DNA from: Amoebidium appalachense
Taxonomy: Eukaryota; Protista; Ichthyosporea
Assembly: GCA_963693365.1 (NCBI GenBank)
Contig: CAVNZM010000017.1
Coordinates: 492,951 to 535,488, forward strand
Length of the DNA: 42,538 nt
Direction: 5' to 3'
The position numbers and the translations under genes are program-made. Below, in pieces: positions 27,726 to 42,538 of the stretch (position 1 is its first letter; the number at the start of each line of letters is the position of its first letter). Below the pieces are notes generated by a model, which was not told the DNA's origin, made no database searches, and saw nothing but the letters and a program-made list of their open reading frames with translations.

Positions 27726-29373
27726 ACTGCCAGTCCCGCTATAGGAAAGTAGGTACCTACGAGTGACGACCGGGTTATATTATGAACTGGTAGGGCCGGC
27801 CGATGGACGATTTTCACCGATTTTTTGTGGAATGTGTTTTGCTTCTGCAGGAATGTTGCCCATGCGGCGTGCGGTCCTACACTGCACCGATATTTCGGGT
27901 CCGATCCGCGGGGAATCGTGGATCGTGAGCCTCGTATGTTTGGGCTGAACCGCACGCACCTGCGGGCTAGCACTTGATTGGTTTGGGCCGCACCCAGGAA
28001 TGCGATCGAGGCACACATCCTTTGATGCTTGAACTGACACGTGCCAGTCGGCAACGATTAGTGCAGGTGAATGTGCGTGACCAAGAGCAAGCACGCAAGG
28101 AGTGTAAGTTTCGCGCACGCTACCATAGTCAAACTGCGTGCGCCGCTCTGTCAACTTTGTCATTGCAACAGAGGTTGTAACATAGAGTCATTATTTCCTT
28201 TACGACCAGGTCATCTGCCGGGGAGAACTTCCTTTCATTTGTCATAAGTCCACTCCTGTTGTTCTCGAAGTTCATATCGTTTGTCAGTTATTGTATACAA
28301 GACGTGGTGTGTTTTTTTTGACACCCTTTTTTAATCACTCTACTTCTGCGTTCAATTCGAACCGTGCTACCTTCTATTATTTTTAAATAAAAAATGGCGG
28401 CGAAACATTCTGGACGTGTGCACTCCTTGCCACAACAGGCAGGTTAGTTTTACCCCCCCCCCCCCCCCCCCCCCCCCGGGCCCCCTCCCGCCCCTTCTCT
28501 GAAGTCCGCAGCCTCCTTCCCTCCCTCTTCGCCTCTCCACCCTCTTCCTGCCCTCGCGCTGTACTGGCACGCCTGCAAGGCCAGTGTTTGATCTTCGTTT
28601 AGGACTGCTGTTCATCTTTTCTCTTCACTGACTCCTTTCCTTTTTTTTTTTTCAACACATGGCTTTCATTCTTGCATCGGGAAGGAGTCTTTTTATGGTG
28701 TTTGTGTTTGTGTATGCATGTATTCGAGCCCATACAGGTATTTTCAGGCCAGTGAGTTTTGCACTTTGGACATGCCTCTCCTTTGCATGCATTCATGACT
28801 TTATTATGACACGATAATGATGTGTACCCAAGCCTTGCCTAAACATTCATGCACGTCTTAATATCATACGTTATCCATAGAAATACATGCTAATTTTTTC
28901 TTACTTTACTACACACACTATCACTCACACGTACACACACACACACACACACACACCAAAAACACGCCACTCTACACCTGTGTGCACCGTGCCTGTGTCA
29001 GTGGGTGGCTGTGATGCTTTAAAGTTGAAGGGCAGCTTGGTAGCCGGGCGGTAGAGAATGGTGTGTGCCCGTGTGTGTTGTGTTAGTAGGGGATGGGAGG
29101 GAAAGGGACGGACGGGAAGAGGTGGGGAGGGGGGGGGGAGGGGAAGGGAGGGGGGTGGTACTGGTGTAAGTGGGGGCGGGCGGGGGGGGGGGGGGGGGGG
29201 GTGCTTAAAGGTTAGGTTTGCTTCGTTATTGTGGCATATATGTGTTTGCAGTATCTTTTTGTGTGTGTTTGTTTATTTTTGTAGAAGAAGATGTAGGTGT
29301 TTGTCCGTACACGTATGCACATGTTTGTAGACGTTCATATGACACACAGTCACATGTAAACACGCACACACAC

Positions 29374-29419
<46 letters not shown>

Positions 29420-29930
29420 CCATCCATCCATCCGTTGTGCCCCCTTCTGCATGTTTCCCACATCCCCTTCTCGATCCAGGCCCCTTCTTTTTCTAACCTT
29501 TTCCTTTTGGATTTTGTCCTGGTGCAGAGACTAGCGATCTTGCTAGCCTTGAGATCACAACCTAACCACTGCCGATGGTTGTGATGACGCCAGTAAAGGC
29601 GTGCTGGCTTTTACCCCAGCGAGAAGAGGATGAGAAAAAGATGATCCCGACGGGATATGAACCCGCGACCCCTCTATCTCCGGTCGAGTGCTCTACCAAC
29701 TGAGCTACGAGATCGGTTAAGATCTCGCAGGCCACCAGCCGATCATGATCTGATTCATGCGATCGGACTGGATAACGATACCATCTTCCAACATTTCCTC
29801 CTTTTCTTCCTGCTTCCCTTTCTTCTTCTCTTATTCTTGCCCTTTCACCTTCTCCCCCCCCCCCCCCCCCCCCCCCCGGGTTCCCGACCAGATAACCCCC
29901 CCCCCCCCCCCCACACACACACCCACACAC

Positions 29931-29964
<34 letters not shown>

Positions 29965-29974
29965 TATCTCCCTT

Positions 29975-30055
<81 letters not shown>

Positions 30056-31185
30056 CTCTTCTCCTTTCTCGTCTCGATCTCCCCCCCCCCCCCCCCCCCC
30101 CCCACACACACACCTCTCTCTGTCTCTCTCCTTCGCTTCTCCCCCTCTCGCTCCCCCCCCCCCCCCCCCCCCCCAACTCTAAATCACACACACACACATA
30201 CACGTAAGCTCAAACTGTGTTGTTCCCGTGCAAGTACATAGAATATTGTGTTAGTGATAGCTGTTTATGAACGTGTATACATTAAGCTGTGTTGTCTCGT
30301 GCAAGACTCAAGGTGACAACATATTATCATTTTCTTAGAAGTACCTCCAAAGAATCCGGATAGTGCAAAGTACAAATAGTTGCTCTGCTGTGTTAACATA
30401 TTAGTATTCTCCATCTCATAGTTCATCGTTGTAACATGTTAGATGCCATATCATAGTACTTCGTTGTAACGTTAACATTTAGATATTTATGCTCCTCTTG
30501 TGTTCATGTGCCTGGGCTACGTGAAAAGTGGCACGCATGAGCTGCGTCGGTGACATCGAACTGAATAAATACTGTCGTCACAATAAACGGTTTGGAGGCC
30601 TATACGAGGATCCTGGTGCACGTGCACGTGTGGGGGTGGGTGGGTGGGTGGGGGGAGAGGGGGGGGGGGGGGGGGGGGACGGGGAAGGTCGGTGCCTATT
30701 TTTATCGGTTCAGAGTCGGGGGGCGTTGGGCGACGGGTAAGGTCGGTGCCTGTTTTGATCGGTGCAGATTCTGTGGTCGCGTGCGCGCGTGTGTGCGCAC
30801 GTTCGATCGAGGAATGCATTCCTGTGCGCCGTGATGATTGAGTCACGGCCAAGAATGCATTCCCGGAATACGGCGGCACGCGCGCGCACCATCCCGTAGA
30901 AAAAAGAGTCAGAACGACATCGTCGATCTGCCACCTACTGAGATGGCTCCTTATTTTTCCTTACACATTCAGCGAACACTGGACTCCATCGAACCGTCGA
31001 GGCGCCGCGACAGAAAGCATGCACGCGGTCGCGAGATCTGCAGCGAACGTAAAGTTCATCGCAGCGCGTGCACACCGTCAGTACGTGTGAGATCGTCGAT
31101 CGGCCGGCACGACTTTATACCCATGTAGTAGTGATCACAGTCGTGCTTTGTAGGGCACGATTTTCTAATGCAGGGGTTTGCAGTG
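27725..31185. mobile_element. Non-autonomous CACTG...CAGTG DNA transposon (CMC/CACTA-like), 3461 bp, inserted in an intronic (TG)n
   Basis: Absent from copy A (uninterrupted TG run at ~5066-5118). Termini CACTGC/GCAGTG. The microsatellite phase implies an odd-length TSD (TGT or TGTGT). CpG-rich subterminal zones carry CACCGAT on the left and (A/G)TCGGTG on the right. No transposase ORF seen. Confidence 0.8.
29642..29714 (-). tRNA. tRNA-like gene (73 nt), anticodon GGA on a short-variable-arm, tRNA-Trp-like body; probably a pseudo-tRNA or SINE head
   Basis: GATCTCG TA GCTC AGTTGGTA GAGC A CTCGA CCGGAGA TAGAG GGGTC GCGGG TTCATAT CCCGT CGGGATC A forms a full cloverleaf with A box, degenerate B box and TTTTT terminator 2 nt downstream. 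Anomalies are C33, T58 and one anticodon-stem mismatch. Confidence 0.8.
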
Positions 31186-31200
31186 TGTGTGTGTGTGTTT

Positions 31201-31232
<32 letters not shown>

Positions 31233-31600
31233 GGGGGAGGGGTAGGGGGGACGGGCCAACCAAAGCCATCAGTACTATTAGCTCACAACCCCAAACCATG
31301 CAATATGGGGTGTGCCCCTCGCACTGGTAGTAGTATACGATTTGGGTGGTAGCTCACATCCCCACCATTCTAGGCGCAAGGTAACAGCTGAGGATGTGCG
31401 CAGAGCCAAGCAGCTGAAGGGGGATTTGAAGAAAATGCTGGAAGCATGCGATCTGATCAGGTGTGTGGGGGTTGGGTGGTTGGCATGGGTGTCTGGTTGC
31501 ATGTGTGTGCAGGCATTTGTCAACCTCCATATCATCTATAATGCCTGTAACGTGGTTGTTGTGGGGAAACATGACGTGCCCTGCCACCCCCCTTCCCCGC

Positions 31601-31632
<32 letters not shown>

Positions 31633-31873
31633 TTCCTCCAGAACACCCATGGGCAGGCGCTGGCGTGCGCACACACACACAGAGAGAGGGAGGGAGGGAG
31701 GGAGGGAGGGGGAGAGAGAGAGAGAGAGAGCGGAGGGGAGAGAGAGAGAGAGAGAGGGAGAGGGAGAGGGAGAGGGAGAGGGAGGGAGGGAGAGGGAGGG
31801 AGGGAGGGAGGGAGGGGGAGAGAGAGTGAGAGGAGGGGGAATGGACGCATACTCGCACACGCTCATGTGCGCG

Positions 31874-31961
<88 letters not shown>

Positions 31962-33435
31962 AACCAAATACAAAAGGTGTTTTAGGTGGGTGGATCAGTT
32001 ATGTTCCTATATTGACGGTGTTCATCTGGGGTGACAGGTGTCATGTATGGTGTTGTGTTTAGCCTCGAGGGTTTGTGTGTTACAGAAACCGCTAAATCAA
32101 CCACAATCTTTTAACCTGGGTTTGTAACCAAATTATGCTAGAAGAATCTGTAGTCGCGATGCAAACGCTGACACGTGCCATAGCCAGAAAATCGTGGAGT
32201 TGCCTCTGCCTGACGGTGTAGTTCCAAACATGAAGAATCCGCGCCAGGTGAGCCACCCCACCCACGGCGTGCTTTCAAAATTCTATTCTTAGCTTGCTAT
32301 TTTTGGCTACACCCTGTATTTTTGGGGGCTCTCAATAGTCCCTTTTCCACAACCGTGACCTCACCTCGACTTAAGAATAAAAAGCCCCTAAGTATATGAT
32401 TGTCTGCATAGGTGAACCTCAAACATGATATTGGCCCAATGGCCGGCTAGCTTTTATCAAGTATGACATCACTTTTTCTGACAGTGAATACATGGTAGGA
32501 ATAGATGTCGACGTTGGTCTTGATCCTGCCCCTGCTGTTCATTGTCCCAAAAATAGAGTAAGTGTATGCATGTGTTAGTATGGACTAATGGAGTATTCAT
32601 CTGTTAACACCCTTTTATCTCCCTGCAGCCAACGACACACCCACAGAGCCAGGCAGTGCAGATCAACATTCGACGCAGTGCGATGCAGTATGTGCAGGTA
32701 TATTTAATGCTCCTTCTCCCCTTCTTCAATGGCTTGAGGTGTGATATAGGTAATTGTGTTGTGGTTGGAGACAGATTATCTCCAAGCGCATAACTTGGCG
32801 CACATAGCTGAATGGATAGCTTGGCTTCCTACGACATCGACGGATGACTGGCACGCCCATTTCCATTTGCTCTCATGATGTCATAATTTAACCTAATATG
32901 GAAGAAAGGCGTTGCTCTAACCAATCATGAGCAACCAATCCATAACACCAGAGAAGCTAAGGGCCCTTTTTGGAACCCTTCTGTCTTTCCACCTATTCAC
33001 TGCAATGCTATTCTTTCTCATTCCATTTATGGCAACACCGTGCTTTCCATGCTATTTATAGCACCACCTAGCCACGTGTAACCACGTGTTTTTTTGGTGG
33101 CACAGGAGCGCATGGTGAAACTACAGGCTTTGCCTCTTCAGCCAAGCCCCCCCTCACCAAAGGCCCAAAAGAAAGTCAGCAAGACAAACACAGCACCGGC
33201 ACAAAAACAAATCAAATTCCCAAAGGTGAGTGGCCTTGTTGGTTGTTGTTGGGTTGGTGCGATGGTGTGGCGCTAGGGGATGTGTGCAAGTGCACACACG
33301 CGCACAGGCACATGCACATGCGCACGCCCACACGCGCGCGCGCACACACACACACAAACAAACACAGACAACCACCTGAGCTCAAAGCACGAACACACAC
33401 GCAAACATATGTGCGCGCACGAACGCGCGCGCGCG

Positions 33436-33510
<75 letters not shown>

Positions 33511-34020
33511 ACACACACACACACTAACATGCACGCACGCACATACACGTGCACGCGCACGTACGTGGTGTACGTGCGCACGCATGCACGCACGCGTACA
33601 AATCTGGCACAAGCTCGCACACACTTTGCACTGCAGGATGAAAGGGGGGGGGGGGGGGGGGGGGGGGGGGGAGCGGGGAGAGAACTAAGGGGGAGGGGGC
33701 AGGGGTTAAAATCACAAATCTAACTGGGGTTAATATGACCAATGACACCATTTTTTTCGGGCTGGAAGATGAGTGAGTCACAAAGGGCCGAAGCAATAGC
33801 CATCCACGTGGACCAGAGGGACTATGTGGTCCGCACCCTCAGAGAGGTGAGTGTGCTATTTTGGGCACCTTGGGCTAAAAATAGACACCTTATACCCTGT
33901 GACTTTACTTCTTCATTCTGAAAAGAGAAGAGTTTTGTTTCTGGTACCAGGAGAGTGCATTGTTGTCTTTCTGGAAAATAATGTGTGGCCTGTTTTCTTT
34001 TGTGGTTGTGTGCAGATGTT

Positions 34021-34112
<92 letters not shown>

Positions 34113-34318
34113 GGGGGGGTTAGGCGATTGTTTCTGTGTGTTTGTGTGTGTGGATGTGAAGGTATATGGGGTTTGGGAGAATGTATGCGCGCAAATGGAT
34201 GGGCGGACGGGAAGGGGGGAGGGGGGAGGGAGGGTGAGGGGTCTTTTTCGATTTTTTATTGGGAGCGTTTTGGGTTTGGGTGTGTGTGCTTGAAAACAAA
34301 ATCACGGGGACGCGGTGA

Positions 34319-34366
<48 letters not shown>

Positions 34367-35275
34367 CTTCCCTTTCTTGTTCTCGTAGTGAACAGTTTGT
34401 GTTAGTGTTTGTGTGTACATTGTGTGTGCGTGTGCGTGTGCGCACGCGTCTGTGCGTGTGTGTGTGCGTGCGTGCATGCATGGGTTTGGGTTTTTATTTT
34501 TATTTATTTTTTTCGGGGGGGGGGGGGGGGGGAGGGACAAAGTTACCTCCTGTGTGTGCTGACGTGTTTTGGCCTACTGCACAGGCACGAAGGAAAGGCA
34601 ACCAAGAGGAGATTATGTCTCTGGAGGCAGCCCTGATGGATCTAAACAGTGCATTAGAGAGTCTGGGGGTGGACTTGCGTAGATAGTGGTTTAAAGAAAA
34701 TAAAGTGAGTTATTAAGGTTTACAGTGTGGGATTGCCGGATGGTAGTTTAGTCCTTTAATTCTCTTTTTAATGTATGGAATGTAGGTCAAAATATCAGGA
34801 TTAATTGTTCGGTTTCAATTGTGCCAGTGGACGTTGATACGACAAATGAATGTCAGCGGAGAAATGAAGTACAAGTATCTACTTTTAGAAAAGAAAATAC
34901 GATGTATGAATGCTAGAGTTCGGGTCTCACTGTTGTAAACGATGTGCCGCTATGTATGTAGGGTAGAGGTGGTGGTGTGCCAATGAACGAGAGGAAAGGT
35001 AGAAAACAGTGGGTGGGTGTTGCGCTTGCCCACGAAATGTTCATATAAGCAAGAAACAGGTTTTCTATGTTAATTCTGCTCAGATTTACTATTATATATA
35101 CATGTGCATGTAATTAAAACACCGGCAGCAATGGTCATGATGTTGGTGTTCATTGTTTCGTCACTGCATGTGTGCATGCATTTAGGGCCTCGAGGGAGCT
35201 CCGTGTTTTTTTTGTGTGTGTGTGTGTTTGTGTGTGTGTGTTTCCTTTGTTTGTTTTGGTGGTGGTGGTTTGCAA

Positions 35276-35310
<35 letters not shown>

Positions 35311-35319
35311 ATATCGGGT

Positions 35320-35818
35320 GTACATCCCATGGGTCACAGTTACGCAAACCAGTTTTATGGTTGAATATGTATATGCATGCCAACTTCAGTCAACCATCGA
35401 GCTCCCCAGCAGCCCCCCCCCCCCCCCCCCCCCCCCAAGGAAAGTGCATGCTTGGTGAATTGATGAATGGCCGTGGGGCGGACGTTTCCTAACAAATCTT
35501 TGACGTTTCTTGGAGAGGAATTTTTTCCAGTTGATTGTGCCAAGAAGAACACAACTCTGAAGAGTTTTTCGTTACATATATTCCCATAGAGAAAACAGCA
35601 TGAACGATGCACAATATGCATTCATGATCGTCCATACAAAGAGCGGCATATGGTTCAAGGGTGTTGATAGTGATAACTTAGTATTACAGTATTACTGTAC
35701 ATCCCATGGGTCATGATCACAGTTACGCAAACCAGTTTTATGGTTGAATATGTATGTGCATGCCAACTTCAGTCAACCTTCGAGCTCCCCAGCCGCCCCC
35801 CCCCCCCCCCCCCCCCCC
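35320..35818. repeat. X-Y-X structure: ~115-bp direct repeats flanking a copy of the 270-bp segment
   Basis: GTACATCCCATGGGTCA...GAGCTCCCCAGC+poly(C) at 35320-35436 and 35697-35818, enclosing 35438-35700. Confidence 0.85.
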
Positions 35819-35882
35819 TGGCACCAACACACACACACACACACACACGCACACACACACGCACGCACACAAACACGCACGT

Positions 35883-35919
<37 letters not shown>

Positions 35920-36586
35920 GGCTCTGTTCACTGCCTGGGTATCAAATGCCTATGCATAGGCTAGTATGAAAATTTTCAGGAGCTACTAGACATGTATGTG
36001 GATATTTTCTTATACTATGCATATGGACATTATTGAGAAGCTTATCAAAGGAGACGCAATCGAGATGTGACTGATATCTCAGAAAAGAAAATACAAAAAG
36101 CCTTACTCTCGGATACGGAGGAGATAACGACTAATTATAAGATAATCATATATCGAGAAAACTCGTTAAACATACGGTGATTTAACATAAAGCCAATAGA
36201 AGTAATGTCAGGATTATCGAAAAAAGCAAGTTCGAACGGAATAAGCTGAGATAAACAAAAACATCTATCTAGATGTTTACGAGAAAAAGGTTCAGTGCAT
36301 ATGTACATGTACACCCAAACGTGTCGGTATACGTAGTGAAGGCTAACAATGTGGTCACCGTGGTGGACGTGGTTATTTTTTTTATTTTTTTATTTTTTGT
36401 GGCGGCAGGGGCAGTGGCGGTGGCGGTGGCGTGTGGGTGGTGTGTGTGTGTGTGTGTTTGTTGTTTGGGTGGGTCGGGGGGGAGGGGGGGGGGGGGGGGG
36501 GGGGGGGGTTGGAGATTATATATTCGGTGCTGGCTTAGTGCACGTTGCCCTATTTGTTTTGACTCAGGCCAGTACGTACCGGCACA

Positions 36587-36639
<53 letters not shown>

Positions 36640-36702
36640 CCCCCACGCATTGTGCACACTGCAGTGTGTGTGTACTGTGTGCGTGTGTGTGTTGTGGGGA
36701 GA

Positions 36703-36735
<33 letters not shown>

Positions 36736-36874
36736 ATACCTGGTGTAGATCCCAGTTATGTAAATTTTAAGAGCGACGGTGTACGTGCGTGTACGTGAAT
36801 GGTGGATGATCCGGGCTTGATGAGGTTTATAAATTTACCTATGTTTTTTTTTTTTTTTTTTTTTTTCTTCTTGT

Positions 36875-36921
<47 letters not shown>

Positions 36922-36923
<2 letters not shown>

Positions 36924-37425
36924 TGAATGCGTCAAAAAGTACGAAGTACACAAGAACAAACGGATAACACGATGCAGAATGCAAGCCATACATAAAGAGT
37001 ATGCATAATAGGCAGAGCCCATCCTCAGGGGGGGCCCACGTCATCCACAGTACCCGAGTTTCGACCTATTCACCTCGCTAACGAAACCCAACTCAGATAC
37101 TGTTTTACTTGAACATGGGTAGGTCACCCGTCTTGATCAGAGACGAGCAGGGTTGCTTATGCAGGCAAGGGCAGTGGGAAAGGCCGGGGGTTAAAGTTGC
37201 AGCAGTAAGCAGAAGCAAGAAAAATATAGATAGGAACTCAGGAGACGGGGCTTCTAGGAAGCTCCCCCGTCGCCACCTAAGTCGATACTTCCCTGGCTAA
37301 CATACTACACCAGCTGAAAAGAATTAAGTCCCGAAGGCCGCAGAATTCGCAATCAGAGGGGAAAATATGAGATTTGACCCACGCCGCAGGGTAGTAACAC
37401 GCTTACTAGGGCGGAACGGCCCGGG
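36922..37425 (-). mobile_element. Structured dispersed repeat, long copy 4 (duplicate of copy 1)
   Basis: Duplicated with the segment. It retains the intact CAGTATCTGAGTT/AACTCGGGTACTG helix. Confidence 0.7.
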
Positions 37426-37694
37426 TACCATATCAGGAGCGGGCAATTTTTGAATTATCCCTCCTCGGCCCCGCCAGGGAAAATTTGAGGTTTTTGGACC
37501 TCAAAGAAGTCAAATCCTGCAAAATCCACTACCGGGAGGCCAAAAAGGGTGATTTCACAAAAAAGCAGGTGTTTTTGGGGATAGGCTGCGGGGGCGGGGG
37601 GCGGAGGGAGGGGGGGGGGGATTGGTGTAGGTGTTTCCGGGGGGCGGGGAGGGGGGTGGTGTTAAGGGGGGGGGGGGGGGGGGGGGGTATATAC

Positions 37695-41200
<3,506 letters not shown>

Positions 41201-41688
41201 CTGTGAGTGGATGGGCGAGTAAGTGGTGTGGGTGTGCAATAAATAATTTTTATTTTTATTTTATTGTATTCTTTATTTTTATTTTTTATTCCTTTTATTT
41301 TATTTCCATTTTTTTGGGGGGGGGGGGGAGGGGAGGGAGGGGGGGGGGGGGGGGGGGGGGGGAAGGTGGGTGGGTTGGTGCTAAGGAAACGGGTGACAAA
41401 AGGTGTGTTCGTGTTGTAGTTCAATATAGTAAACCTTAATCAAAAAAAGTGAAGAATAGAAGAGAAGAAGAGGTAAACAAAAATATGGGTGGGTGGGTAG
41501 GTAGGTGATTAGTCGAATGGGGGTCTCTTTTCTTTTCTGTTTTTTTTTTTTTATCCCTTTCCTTTTTTTTTTTTTTTTTTTTGTTTTTTTTTGGCCCCGG
41601 GGGAGGGGGGGAAGGGGGGGGGGGGGGGGGGGGGGTCAACGAGCAGATGGAGGCTATTTTAACCGGGCAGTAACTTGGTGTTTAAGTG

Positions 41689-41746
<58 letters not shown>

Positions 41747-41830
41747 ACGTGCGGCATCTGTTTTTGGGTCGGTGAATATGCCCATGACTGGGTGCGTTGC
41801 ATGTGTAAGTGGTTAGGCTGGGCCGCGCCC

Positions 41831-41878
<48 letters not shown>

Positions 41879-42538
41879 ATACGTGTATATACCCCCCCCC
41901 CCCCCTCCCCCCCCCCCCCCCCCCCCCCCCCCTCCCCCCCCCCCCCCCCCCCCCCCAGGGCCGAAAATACGCCCTTTTATTACATATTTTGTATTTTCCT
42001 ACAGGCTGGATGGTATTCTCCGGAAATTTTCCTATAAAGCGTCCAAACCATGCACACCATCCATTTACGTATACCATGGTCGGAAATGTACTGTAAGCTG
42101 CAGTGTACCATGCAAAAAAAGTTTTCTTTTGACTGGATGTATTCGAAAAAAATTTGGATGGTATTTTTGAACCCTGGCGGGTATTTCAGAGGGTGTTAAC
42201 GCAAAATTTGATCACCCTTGCCTCCCCCTTCTCGATCTCGGACAGGAAAAGCATGTGTAGCCTAAGTGCACCCCTTTGCTTTCTCTAAGTCGCTTTGCCC
42301 CCCCCCCCCCCCCCCTGACCGCCCCCCCCCCCCTCCCTCCCCCTTCTTCCTCCCCCCCCCCCCCCCCCCCCAAACCACCACCACCAAAAAAAAAACCCCC
42401 CAACCCAACCGGTATGATCCCAATCGAGAACTCTCCCCATCCCTGGCGCCTTTTCCCCTGCCGGGATCCGTCAACATCTCAACTCCAAAGCCCCAAACCA
42501 ACATCTACCTCTATTGAAAGGTCCCGTTCTGTTCTGTC

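Noticed and set aside
28599-28796. Minus-strand ORF with CPKC, a possible transposase zinc-ribbon remnant
   Set aside because: Too short, with no other CMC transposase motif.

Overview
Eukaryotic, intron-rich DNA with very short GT-AG exons and introns full of (CA/TG)n and poly(G)/poly(C) runs. A unicellular opisthokont or holozoan origin is plausible but is only an inference. Nearly all short ORFs in the supplied track are microsatellite artefacts. The window is dominated by a direct segmental duplication (copy A ~1886-15916; copy B ~24551 to the window end). Each copy holds a rabenosyn-5/Vac1-like FYVE gene (+) and a 3'-truncated GH20 (GcnA/HEXDC-like) hexosaminidase gene (-), with different lesions in the two copies. 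Comparing the copies exposes a 766-bp TG..CA solo-LTR-like insert (A only) and a 3.46-kb CACTG..CAGTG DNA transposon carrying a tRNA-like gene (B only). Between the copies lie a three-AP2-domain terminal exon and exons of unknown function. A dispersed repeat with four 3'-coterminal copies folds into G-U-rich helices and a possible pseudoknot on the minus strand and always abuts a G/C homopolymer. It is the best candidate for something undescribed. All calls were made by eye, without database searches.
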